A stretch of DNA of 64,000 nucleotides from Lama glama (lineage: Eukaryota). The notes beneath the pieces are model-generated. The model searched no databases and was not told the DNA's origin. It was given only the letters and a program-made list of their open reading frames with translations. Positions within the stretch are counted from its first letter, which is position 1; the number at the start of each line of letters is the position of its first letter. The translations under genes were made by a program, and so were the position numbers. The stretch spans positions 28,398,001-28,462,000 of the forward strand of contig CM052816.1 in assembly GCA_028534125.1 (NCBI GenBank). The letters run 5' to 3'. Positions 50,877-63,300 of this stretch are shown here, one piece after another.

Positions 50877-53271
50877 TGTATATATATTTTTATTGAAGTA
50901 TAGTCAGTTTACAATGTTGTGTCAATTTCTGGTGTGCAGCATAATGCTTCAGTCACACACGAACATACATATATTTGCTTCTATATTCTTTTTCACCATA
51001 AGTTACTACAAGATGTTGAATATAGTTCTCCATGCTATGCAGTAGAAACCTGTTGTTTTTTTTACATTTTTTAATTGAGTTATAGTCATTTTACAATGTT
51101 CTGTCAAATTCCAGTGTAGAGTACAATTTTTCAGTTCTACATGAACATATATGTTTTCTTTGTCACATTTTTTTTTTGCTGCGAGTTACCGTAAGATCCC
51201 TATGCTGTATAGTATAATCTTGTTCATCTATTTTACATTTTGAAATCCCAGTCTGTCCCTTCCCACTCCCCACCCCTTGGCAACCACAAGTTTATATTCT
51301 ATGTCTATGAGTCTGTTTCTATTTTGTATTTATGTTTTGTTTTTTTTTTAGATTCCACATATGAGTGATCTCACATGATTTTTTTTTTTTTCTCTTTCTG
51401 GCTTACTTCACTTAGAATGACATTCTCCAGGAACATCCATGTTGCTGCAAATGGCATTAGAAACTTGTTGTTTATCTATTTCATATATATTAGTTAGTAT
51501 CTGCAAATCTCAAACTCACCATTTATCCCTCCCCATGCCCTCCCCACCCCATAACCATAAGTGTATTTCTATGTCTATGAGTCTGCTTCTGTTTTGTAAT
51601 AAGTTTTTTGGCTTTTTTTTTTTTTTTTAGATTCCACATATAAGTGATATCATACGGTATTTTTCTTTCTCTTTCTGGCTTACTTCACTTAGAACGACAG
51701 TCTCTAGGTCCATCCATGGTGCTGCAAATGACATTATTTTATTCTTTTTTATGGCTGACTTAGGAATAAATCTGACCAAGGAAGTGAAAGACTTAGACAT
51801 GGAGAACTACAAAACATTGATCAAAGAAACTAAAGATGACTTAAAAAAATGGAACAATATCCCATGTTCTTGCATTGGAAGAATTAATATTATTAAAATG
51901 GCCATACTGCCCATAGCAATCTACAGATTTAATGCAATTTCTATCAAATTACCCAGAACTTTTTTCACAGAACTAGAACAAATAATCTTAAAATGTATAT
52001 GGAATGACAAAAGACCCAGAATTGCCAAAGCAATACTGAAGAAAAAGAATGAAGCTGGAGGAATAATCTTCCCAGACTTCAGACAATACTACAGAGGTAC
52101 AGTAATCAAAACAGCGTAGTATTGGCACAAAAACAAACATATGGATCAATGGAACAGAATAGAGGGCCCAGTAATAAACCGACAAACTTTTGGTCAATTA
52201 ACCTTTTGACAAAGGAGGCAAGAATATATAACAAAGTAAAGACAGTCTCTTCAGCAAATGGTATTGGGAAAACTGGACAGCAGCATGTGAATCAATGAAG
52301 TTAGCATACTCCCTCATACCATACACAAAAACAAACTTAAAATGGCTTAAAGACTTAAACATAAGACACTATAAATCTCTTAGAAGAAAACATAGTCAAA
52401 ACATTCTCTGACATAAATCTCAGCAATGTTCTCCTAGGGCAGTCTACCCAGGCAACAGAAAGAAAAGCAAAAATTCACAAGTGGGACCTAATTAAACTTA
52501 CAAGCTTTTGCACAGGAAAGGAAACCATGAGCAAAACAAAAAGACAACCTATGGAATGGGAGAAAATATTTGCAAAAGATGAGACTGACAAGGGCTTAAT
52601 TTCCAGAATATATAAACAGCTCATACAACTTAATAACAAAAACCACCAAACAACCCAATCCAAAAATGGGCAGAAGACGTAAACAAGCAATTCTCCAATG
52701 AAGACAAATGGCTCATAGGCATATGAAAAAAAAAATGCTCAATATCACTAATTATCAGAGAAATGCAAATCAAAACTGCAATGAGGTATCACCTCACACC
52801 AATCAGAAAGGCCATCATTCAAAAGTCTACAAATGATAAATGCTGGAGAGGCTGTGGAGAAAAGGGAATCCTCCTACATTGTTGGTGGGAATGTAGTTCG
52901 GTGCAGCCATTGTGGAAAACAGTATGGAGACTCTTCAAAAGACTAAAAATAGACTTACCATATGACCCAGCAATCCCACTCCTGGACATATACCCAGAGG
53001 GAACCTTAATTCAAAAGGATACATGCACCCTAGTGGTCACAGCAGCACTATTTACAATACACAAGGCATGGAAACAACCTAAATGTCCATCGATAGATGA
53101 CTGGATAAAGAAGATGTGATATATATATATATAGGAATAAATGTATACATATACACACATACACACACATATATATATATATATATAATGGAATATTGCT
53201 CAGCCATAAAAAAGAATGAAATAATGCCACTGTGGTATATTTATACAATGGTATTGAATACTACTCAGTCA
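50877..53271 (-). mobile_element. LINE-1 with twin-priming 5' inversion (3' part on - strand 50877-51758; inverted ORF2 part on + strand 51759-~53278)
   Basis: 18-bp TSD taaaaaggtgtaattttt (50859-50876) / taaaaaagtgtaattttt (53272-53289). Strand switch at ..tttatggctga|cttaggaataaatctgacc. ORF2 peptides [12 protein letters not shown] (51751 ORF) and LLHCWWEC (52763 ORF). Confidence 0.9.
51059..51457 (-). mobile_element. Younger 5'-truncated LINE-1 nested inside the 3'UTR of the inverted L1
   Basis: 16-bp TSD tagaaacctgttgttt (51043-51058) / tagaaacttgttgttt (51458-51473); the host 3'UTR resumes seamlessly afterwards. Confidence 0.9.
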
Positions 53272-54456
53272 TAAAAAAGTGTAATTTTTAAAATGTGGGG
53301 AGCAGACTGCACCAAATATAAATCTTTATTTCTTGAAATTAAATATATGTATAATAGCTATATTTTTGTAAGCCCTAATAATTCATGGAGCAACATAAAT
53401 GACAAGTATCACTTTAGGAAATGTCTGATAAACTAAATATTTCTTTCTTTTTTTTTTCTTTTTTCTTTTCTTTCCTTCCTTCCTTTTTATAAAACAGTGC
53501 TAATTCCTACATCCTAAGAAGTACCTGATTCTACACGTACATTTTGTTCTGTCTCTCGGCTAAGTAATACCAAACATTTAATAACAGACTATGTATCTAC
53601 AGGCATCCATTGTGGCTTTTTAACAGGCCAGTAGGGCAGTTTTCTTAATCACCATGTGATCCTGCTCCTTTATTACAGCGATCTCTCTCTCCAGTTGTTT
53701 CACAACATTTTCAGAATCACTTATCCAATCAGATCTATTAAGACTGGAAGCATTTTCTAAAAGGTGATCTGACCATATGAGATGGAGCCCGACTAAAACA
53801 TTCAACCTACATATTTGCTATAGCCTGGTAAATGACACTGGTTCTTAGCAGAGCAAAAGTTGGAATGTTTAATTTACTGATCAGATTAATTAAAAAACAA
53901 CAACAAAACTTGAATGTACAGAGAATGACTAAGATTTTCTAGTAGCACAGTTGACTGATGGGTAAATGTAAACTACAGACATCTCCCTCATCCCACACGC
54001 ATGGAGAGTCTCTGAGAAAAAATCTGTATGTTTCTTGGTTTCTTTTTTGAAAAAAATGGGATTTTCAACATACATTTAACTTCTTTTTCTCTTAATGATA
54101 GCAAATTTCAAGTAAGCCTGAAGTCTAGCTCTCTATTCAACAGTTAGTGAAGACATTTATCTTTCAGCAACTCTGATAGAGTAATTTATTTCAAATAGAG
54201 CTGACAGTAAAAATCAGATTTCAGTATTTTCCATCCAAATTTCAAAGGAAAGCTTGCTTTATCCTCTAGAAAAAAAGGTGCTCTTATTCAGTAACTACAT
54301 TGGACAAGAATTTAAATGAAAATAATTTCTCCTGTGGTGCTAGGGGAAGGGGGAACAATTCACTTTCATTTACCCTGAATGGTAGTAACGGTTAAGCCAG
54401 TATTCCCTTACCATCAGTCCTGAAAATGGGTATTCCTCCCAATTCATTTTCTGTGA

Positions 54457-54632
54457 TGATGGCTTTCAACTCTGGTTGCACCGTCAATACCTCCAGGAGC
54501 TTTAGAAAAACACCACTATCAGAGCCCAGCCTCAAACAAATTGAAACCTAATTTTTGGTGCTAGGACCTGGGCAGTGATGGTTCTTTAAACTTCCCAGGT
54601 GATTCTAATGCACAACGAAGGTTACAAACTGT
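54457..54632 (+). mobile_element. MER5A-like hAT-Charlie relic
   Basis: tttcaactctggttgcac..ggagctttagaaaaacacc..ggacctgggca..ttaaacttcccaggtgattctaatgcaca. Confidence 0.7.
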
Positions 54633-55558
54633 GAATGCAGAGTTTCATCTAAAAAAAAAAATTAGTTAAAGGTAACTAACTCCTAAGGAGTTAAGGAAAA
54701 ATAGTCAGGAAAACTGGGAGGTTCTAGATTTAGCTCCCTGTGGGCTCGAGAAGTCTGATTAAGATATGCTTCAGTACACAGTATTTCTGAATTTCTGTTG
54801 TGGCTCCAGATTTCCTATTTATAGAGTCAATATTACACTATTACTAAATTAGTAAATATATTAATACAGAAAGGGAAAGAATAGACAGGTGCAAAATGTC
54901 TGATAAATAGGAAAAATTAATATGTTCAGAATAAAGGCAAAGATAAAACAAAGTGATTAAAACAAATAATGAAAAGACTAGGTGTGTGGAAGGTAGTCAA
55001 AGATGATCAACCCAAGGATAACTGGTATCCCTGAAGAAGCAACTCCATTAATGAAATGTAAATGCTTTCAAAGAGAGAAGAACACTTTCCTGAAATACAG
55101 GAAAATTTGGAAATGAAGATGAAAGCACATAACATGGTATAGTGGAAAAAAACTGATAAAAGTCTATTAATATTAAAGTATATCTTGATTAAGTACTTGA
55201 AGTTCAAGCATGAAGAAGTTTTGCAAAGGCCCAATTGGAAAAAGATCAGGCTATCTTCAGACTTCTCCACTAATTCAAATGCAGAGCACATTAAATTAAT
55301 AACTCTGAAATTTTGAAGGAAAGAAAATTTGACCCAACAGTATTATACCAAAGACACTGACATTCATAATAAAAGCCATAGTCTACATCCTCAAACAACA
55401 CACAAAAATCACCTAGGAAATACTAGTGAGACCTTGGAAAAAACAAACAAAAACTTCTCAAAATTGAATTTTACTAATTAAGATGTAAAAAAAGAACATT
55501 GAATTTATTTACATGAAAGGTAAGATGGGACAACTGGGGAAATAGGATTACAACAGGC

Positions 55559-55974
55559 TGTTAATCTGCAAACTTGTGAGTTTCCTGGGTGGAATCTGAA
55601 ACCAACTCCCAGACATGGAGGGCAAGGAGAGACCGAAGAAAGAGGCAGACAGTCCAGATTGGTAGGCGGCCATTTCAACAAGCAAGGGAATTTACATGTG
55701 AGGCTTATCTTGGGCAGTTGCAAGATGAGTAGATCTCTACGTCTGCCTGCCAAAATCTTAGAAAGTTTATGTGGAGGCTTTAACTGGGCTTAGTCACCTA
55801 TACTTTCCAGATGGGCTCAACGACACACTGCTTTCTGAAAGTTATGTCCTTAAAAAAAGCTACCACTGTGGAAATGGTGAGCAGAATGTATATTCCCAGG
55901 ACAGGGGGGGAGGAGGAGCCTCCAATTGCCCAGGTCAGCCAACAGTCATGTTCTCTCCATGACTTCCTCCAACA
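55559..55974 (-). mobile_element. Solo LTR (probably ERVL-class)
   Basis: TG...CA termini, degenerate 5-bp TSD caggc/gaggt, abrupt GC-richer insert interrupting the old L1. Confidence 0.65.
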
Positions 55975-56050
55975 GAGGTAAATGTTTGAAAATAAACCAT
56001 ATAAAATTACCTGCAAATAAAATATCAAGGGAAGGAAAAAGGAAAGATGG

Positions 56051-56531
56051 TGTGGTACACAGAATAATGACCCCGCCCTCCTAATGTCTATATTCCAATC
56101 TTTCGAACCTGTCAATCTGTTATATTACATGACAACAGGTAGAAGAGAGGATTTACAGATGTGATCCAATTAAGGATCTTGAGATGGAGAGATTTTCTTG
56201 GATTATCCAGGTGGGTTCAATATAGTCACAAGTGTTCTTATAAGAGGCAGGTAATGCCAAAGGAGGAGATGGAATGATGGAAGCAAAGGCTGGAGTGATA
56301 CAACTGCTGGGTGGAAGGGGATCAGGAGCTAAGGAATGTGGGGAGCCTCCAGAACCTGAAAAAGCCAAGGAAATAGAATCTCTCCTAGTGCCCAGGGGAA
56401 AGCAGCCCTGTGGCCATCTTGACTTTAGTGCAGTGAGATTGATTTTGGATTTCTGGACTCCAGAGCTCTAAGATAAATTTGCATTGTTTTAAGATGGTAA
56501 TGTATTAAAGCAGCAATAGGAAACTAATACA
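56051..56531 (+). mobile_element. MaLR solo LTR (MLT1D-like)
   Basis: tgtggt..cagaataatg..ttaaggatcttgagatggagagatt..tggattatccaggtggg..gcagcaataggaaactaataca; TSD gatgg/tatgg. Confidence 0.9.
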
Positions 56532-56863
56532 TATGGAAAGCAGTTGGAAATCAGTATAGGTACATTCATTTTTTATACATTCTTTAAAGAAAACCAATTG
56601 GCATTAACTGTATAAATAAATCAATAAACTATGGTTGCAATCTATTTTATCAAACTATAAAAGGAGATTATCAAACATCTAAGATAAGAAAACTACTAAC
56701 CAGTACAGTGGTCAAGTGGCAACTGGCACTGAAAAATGAAGGATCTTAACTCAGAATATTATGTATAATATTAAAAATGTTTGACATAATAGCTAATTAA
56801 AAAACACATTATAAACTTTCTAAATTACCTGAGGGAAAATAGGCACATGCACACAACACAGAT

Positions 56864-56864
<1 letters not shown>

Positions 56865-56894
<30 letters not shown>
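56865..56894 (+). repeat. (CA)15 microsatellite
   Basis: Directly visible. Confidence 0.95.
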
Positions 56895-56901
<7 letters not shown>

Positions 56902-59589
56902 GTATCTAAACTACAAACAGATATGAGGAAAATAAAACAAAAGTAACAAAATGTTGAAAATAGAAGACTAAAAACAGAGCCCAGAATGTAACAGAATCAT
57001 AGACTAATACATGTGTTGCATCAATATGTGTAAATTCATTGATTCATTGGATAAAAGAAAAAATTCATATACTATATAGAAAACAAACTTTATTTGTTGT
57101 TTGAAAGAAATGCATCAGAGCTTAAATGTGACGAAGCTTAAATGTGAAAGAATGAATGAAAATGTAATAGACAAGTGAGGGGAGGAAAATATCTCAACAG
57201 ATACAGAAAATGCACTTTGAAAAACACTTCAATAATTACGAATTAAATCCTTAGCAAAAAGGTGGGGGGTAGGGGAGAGAGAGGGAGAGAGAGGAACTTT
57301 TAAAGTCTGATAAGTAGCTAAAAAAAAAAACCCAGAGAAAACTTCAAACTTAATGGATGATGATGATCCAGTTCATCCAACAAATGATGATCAAACATCA
57401 CTGAACACTTTTCCTCTAAGATCTGGAAGAAGACAGAAATACTTCCTAACAACACTGCTGTTCAACAGTGTTCTTAAGGGTCAAACTTTTGTTATAGCTG
57501 AAGAAAGAAAGTTAAAGTGAGGAAGGAAGTAATAAAACTTTCATTATTCATGGATGATCTGATTGCATTTATAAAAAATATGGAAGAATCTCTATAAAAA
57601 TTATCTATATCTGTATAAAATTAAGTAAATTTAGCAAAATCACTGAATTTATCAACATAAAATTATTGTTTTCTATTTTAAAAAATGAATAAAAATAAAA
57701 TTATTGAACAAAATATACCATTTATACTAGCAGCATAATGTATCACATGTGGAGGCTTCTATATAGAATACTATATGATATTATGAAAGAAACTAAAAAA
57801 ACAGAGAGATCATTGTGTTTTGAATTGAAACATTACATACTAAAAAGTCAATTTGCCTATTGATCTATATATTGAAACTGATCTGTTTATTGAAAGAAAT
57901 TGCCCCCAAATCTCAGAAGTCCTTTTTGAGAATATGGGAAAACTAATCCTAAAAGTTATACAGAAATAAGAAAGGCTAAGTGCGGCCAAGGCAAGATAAG
58001 AACAGAAGCCAAGAAAAAACTTAAAAGAAAAAAAAAAGAACAGAAGCCAAGGACTTAATCCCACCACACAGCAACACATTTTATGGAGCTGTTGTGATTA
58101 ACACAGTTATCAGTAGAGATACAAGCAGACCAAAGGAGCAGAACAGAGGCCAGAAACAGACCCACACACTTAAGATTTGTGATTTATGATAAAGGCAGCA
58201 GTAAAGTACAGAAGAAAAAGTGCTGGCTTTTCCAATAAAGAATCTAAGTATAAAAATATGAACCCCCAAAATTCCAGTAGGTCTGTGTTAACTTACTTAT
58301 TGTCTTCAAATGGAAGTGGTCTTTATAACCAGGAACCAAAATATGAAATCCTTGAAGGACAAATTAGATAAATTTGAAGTGTTATTAATTCCAAGGAGAA
58401 AAATTGTAACTTTACAATGGAAAAGTTGACAGACACCAAATGGCTATACAATATACCCAGAGAATGGGCCACTAAGAGAAGGAAAAAAAATGGATCAGGT
58501 CACAACTTTTCTTATGCTCAAATAGATATGTGACCTCAGGAGATGAAAAATGAAGACCTAAGCCCCTAAGTATTCAATAACATTGTCATTATTTTGAGAT
58601 TAATAATGATTAAGTCATTAGTCTATCATTCAATAAGCCCAAACTTCAAATACCAAATATATTCTAGAATCCTTTAAGTCATAATACAGCCATTTAAGCA
58701 TGGGAGTATACTTGCCACAAACAATTTAATAGATCAAGGATATGCCATTTCCACTTTTATTTACTTATTATATCAATTTTAAAATGTTTTATTTTTTCTC
58801 ATAATTTATATGAGGCTGAAAAATCACTTTCAGAATACTATTTCTTCAAAACCTGATGACAATTGCAGGAGTTCTAGAGGACTGAAAACTGAAATATCCA
58901 TGTATCTTTAAGTGTTTGTAAGATGCCACTGTTTTATTAAATTACCAAATTCTTATAATTTTTCTTCTAATGAGAGGAAAAACAAAGAAACTTCTGTGGC
59001 CAAAATAAAACACAGAAAAGATTTCTTAGAAGTATTACCACTGATAAGCTTAAAATCCTAGTACTGATATCATATGTACAATATAAAATAGATCACTTTG
59101 TTGACACATTCTAAAATAGATTCTCAGTTACTTATTAACTTGATTTCTATCTCAACTTTACGAGTTTCAACGTACTGTTCTAAGAGGTTGACTAATATAT
59201 GACACATACATAACACATGCATTTCTAAAAATTTGCTCTCAGAGTTAACTTGGACAAAGAAATGTGACCCATTCTCTTTTATAACTATGTAAGGTTTTGA
59301 GGTCTGCAATTTCAGCCTTGCCCTTGGATAGCAACACCAACCTGGATGATACATATTTAAGACACGTAACTTTGGGAGACCAGATCAATATGCATATTTC
59401 AACATTACAAATTTTATAAAGACATCTAACAATTCATAATACAGAAAGCATGTTTGCACCCTATCCAAGTATTGTTCTTGATGCGTACTTAGCAAACATG
59501 TAGCACAGAAACTTTTTAGTTTTAATGTCTTTTGCTAACTTCTTCTGTGAAGATCGCTTGCCAGAATTATACCTGTCTAATTATACTAC

Positions 59590-59730
59590 TTGCTACCACT
59601 TATCTCTACTTATTTCTATTTCTTTTTATGTTCCCTGAGGACATGAACCATGTCTTGTCAGTTTTTTTGCCAGTACCCAGAACAGTGTTCTTGTAGTACT
59701 TAAATAACATTATTATATGCAGGAATTAAT
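59590..59730 (+). mobile_element. LINE-2 3' end relic
   Basis: tgttccctgaggacatgaaccatgtcttg..cagtacccagaacagtg..tgtagtacttaaataac. Confidence 0.5.
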
Positions 59731-60086
59731 AAAGTTGCATAAATATGCAAGGAACTAGATCTCTGCAAAGATTAGCATTTGATCCAGTCAGTGCCTTTTA
59801 CTTGATCTTTGCTTGTCTCAATAGGCGGCCTTGTCTCTCTGCTTAGTGCTTTTTGCTAAATAGCCTCTTATCAGAAGGACGTGCCAGCTCAAAGCTGTAA
59901 TTACTGGTACTGAACATAGGTAAGTCAGTCACCCTCTGATGAGACAGAATCAACTTGGTACACATATGTGGCTACCAAGATTACAGGCCAAGTTCTGAGT
60001 TCTGAGCTTAAGATGTGAAATGTAAGATAAGCTGTAAACCCATGAATTCTTACAATGGTTTGATTTAGGTTCAAATATAAAAAGTC

Positions 60087-60293
60087 GGTGGTGAGGGTAT
60101 AACTCAGTGGTAGATTGCATGCCTAGTGCGTCTGAGGTCCTGGGTTTAATCCCCAGTACCTCTATTTAAAAAAAAATGAATAAACCTAATTACCTCCCCC
60201 CCAAAAAAGGTGAGCAAAATAATGAAAAATAAAAAGTACATAATAGTTGGAGAAAACAATTTTTAAAATTAAATTTAAGAAAGAAAGTTTAAA
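60087..60293 (+). mobile_element. Full-length tRNA-derived SINE (camelid Vic-1/CHR-type)
   Basis: Pol III A box taactcagtgg (60100-60110), B box-like ggtttaatcc (60143-60152), aataaacctaattacctcccccc body, A-rich tail, TSD aaatataaaaagtc (60073-60086) / aaatataagaaatc (60294-60307). Confidence 0.85.
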
Positions 60294-60350
60294 AAATATA
60301 AGAAATCACTACTTTAAAAGGGTTTACTAACATCTCCAAAATCATTCCCA

Positions 60351-63300
60351 GGGTCAAATCAAGATGGCAGAGTAAGAGGATATGAAACTCACCTCCTCCC
60401 AGGAACACATAAAAAATATATCTTTAGATGGAACAATTCTCACTGAAAACTAACTGGAGACTGGCAGAAAGACTCTTGGATAAGCAAGGCTGTAAGAAAG
60501 ATCCACATGGAATCGGGTATGAAGGGAAGAGCAGCAATCAGGTCATAACCCGTGCCCCTGTGAAGGGACTCAGAAGGAAAAGGAGATTACCTGGGCAGAG
60601 ACCCTCCTTGGGGAGTGGAAGGTTCAAGCCACATATAGGGTCCAACAAAGGGAAGATGAGTTCCCTTGGCTGGTTGGAGGGCTGGTGGACTAACAGGAGG
60701 GTTGTGGGAAGCCTAGATTCCACTCGTGAGGAGTGCGTGAATGCTTGCTTGCTCCTGAAGCAGGGTGGACAGGGCAGATCGAAACCCTGTGGGTGACTGA
60801 CTGACTTCTTGTGATGGACTCACAGTGCACCCCAGCCTGAGTTGACAAACACTCAGCCCTGCTGGCCTTGTGTTGCAGCTCCACACCAAAATGACGGCTG
60901 TGACAACTGAGGAAAAAGCTCACACATGAGACACTGAGGCAGCTAAAACTGTAAATGGTGTCTGACAGGGAGGGGACAGTCATTACTGGCAACTGCACAG
61001 GTGGCATATCAGAGACAGTCTAGCTCTCTGATGGCAGCCAGACCACACAACCTGCACCCTGATCCTTGCCAAATACTCCAGCACTGTTCCACCCTGGGCA
61101 AGGGTGCAAGTGGTGGGAGGGGAAAGACCATATATACTTGAAGGGAACTGAGCCAGTTTGGACCCAACCCTTGGGGCTTTTGCTCCAGCAACTTGGGACC
61201 TGACCCCGCTCCTGACAGGGCTGTGAATGCCACTGAGCAGAAGGGAAGCACCACATCACACCTGGCTCTAGCCCTTCCTCTCTATCTCCAGCCCCACCTC
61301 CTACTAAGGTGAGCACTGCCAGCACACTGTGAGGAAAGATGTGACTTGTGTTCACACCAAATCTACCTCTCCCACCAAAGCCATTGGGCACATGCAAACT
61401 ATATAGGGATGCTCCCACATCAGGAGACCCCTTCTGGATCAGCTTAGGTAACTCCTGCGGCTAATTTCATAGAGACAGAGAAAAGATAAGGAAAGCGAGA
61501 ACAGCGAGAAATTTCTCTTAATTGAAAGAGCAAGAGAAAATCCCTGAAAAAACAAATAATGAAAAAGAAATAAACAATTTACCAATAAAGAATTCAAAGC
61601 ATTAGTAATAAGAATACGAACTGAACTAGGGAAAAGAACAGATGAACACAGTGAGAAGTTTAACAAGGAACTAGAAGATATAAAAAAGAACCAGCAAGAA
61701 CTGAAGAATACTATAACGTAAATGAAAAACACAGCACAAGAAATGAAAAGCAGACTAGGGATAAAGAAGAATGCATAAGCTATCTGGAAGATAGAAGAAT
61801 GGGTATCACTCAATTAGAACAGCAAAAAGAAAATTGAAAAAAATTAGAACAGTTTAAGGGCTCTTTGGGATTTCATAAAGCATACCAACACTCATATTAT
61901 AGGGTCCCAGAAGGAAAAAAGAGAAAGGAATTAAAAAAACTACTTAATGAAATCATGCCTGAAACTTCCCAAGCCTGAGGAAGGAAACATATCCAGGTGC
62001 AAAAGGTACAGAATGTCCCCAAAAAGATGAACCCAAACAGGCCTACATCAAGACATATCATAATTAAAGTGAAAACATTAAAGATGAAGAAAGAATTCAA
62101 AAGGCAGAAAGAGAAAGAGTCATATGCAGGCAACACCCCCCCCCGTGAGGCTATCAGCTGATCTTTCTGCAGAAACTTTGTAGGTCAGAAAAGAATGGCA
62201 TGATATATTCAAAGTGCTGAAAGGAGACACTTGCAACTGAGGATACTCTACCCAAGAAGAGTATCCCTTTAAAATAGAAGAGATAAAGAACTTCTCAAGC
62301 AAACAAAAATTAAGAGTTCATTAATACTAAACTGACCCTAAAAGAAATGTTTAAGGGTCTTCTCTAACTGTAAAAGAAAAGGCTATAACCAGAAATAAGA
62401 ACAGAAGTAAGCAGGAAAGGAAAAGATCCCACTAATAAAAGCAAATATATAGTAGAAGATGAGGCTCAACTACTTACATAAGTTTGCATGAAGATTAAAA
62501 GACAAAAATTGTAAAATCAAGTATAACGACAATAATCGCTAAGGGAAGAAACATGAAGTGTAAAATACGACATCAAAAACACCAAGTGTTGAGGGGAGCA
62601 AAACTGCAGATATGATTTACAATGTGTTTTACACATTGTTTTTTTACGTGTTTTACATTTTGTTTTTTTACAATGTGTTTTACATATTTTTTTTATAATG
62701 TGTTTTAACTAGAAAGATGACCTGTTTAAAACAAATAGATATAGTTATAGGTCAACATATTTGAACCTGGTGGTAACCACAAATCAAAAACCTACAACAG
62801 ATAAACAAAAATAAGACAGAAGGGAATACAAGCATACCACTAAAAAAAAGTATCAAACCACAGGGGAAGAAACTAAAAGAAGAAAAGAACAAGGAAGAAC
62901 TATAAAAACAACCAGAAAACAAGTCATAAAATAGAAATAAGTATGTACCTATGAAAAATTACTTTAAAGGTCAATGGACTAAATGCTTCAATCAAAAGAC
63001 ATAGGGTGGCTGATTAGATAAAAAATAAGACTCATCTACATTCTGCCTACAGGAGACTCACTTCAGTACTAATTACACACATAGACTACAGTGAGAGGGT
63101 GGAAAAAGATTTTTCATGCAAATGGAAATGATAAGAAAGTGGGGGTAGCAATACCCATATCAGACAAAATAGACTTTAAAACAAAGTCTATAGCAAAAGA
63201 CAAAGAAGGCCATCATATAATAAAAAGGGATCAATAAAAGAAGAGGATATTATACTCATCAACATGTATGTACTTAATATAGGAGTGCCTAAATATATAA

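Larger units (their letters stand above)
54880..58440 (+). mobile_element. Long, heavily decayed old L1 (ORF1-to-ORF2 pieces) hosting two LTR insertions
   Basis: atcaggctatcttcagacttctc..gaaggaaagaaaatttgacccaa; atctcaacagatacagaaaatgcactttga; aaactttcattattcatggatgat; aaactaatcctaaaagttata; aacagaggccagaaacagacccacac. Confidence 0.6.

Noticed and set aside
51751..53119. ORFs of 122 and 118 aa (likewise 10942, 16820, 26909, 6708) as host genes
   Set aside because: They are LINE-1 ORF2 fragments broken by stops and frameshifts; not intact or autonomous
54662..54693. Two overlapping short palindromes (ttagtta/taactaa and taactcct/aggagtta)
   Set aside because: 7-8 bp AT-rich arms are expected by chance in 64 kb; no supporting context
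60095..60165. tRNA-like sequence with A and B boxes
   Set aside because: It is the head of a SINE with body, A tail and TSD; the B box is mutated and no full cloverleaf is evident
60428..61813. Several 60-130 aa ORFs on both strands
   Set aside because: Chance ORFs in the GC-richer L1 5'UTR and antisense to decayed ORF1
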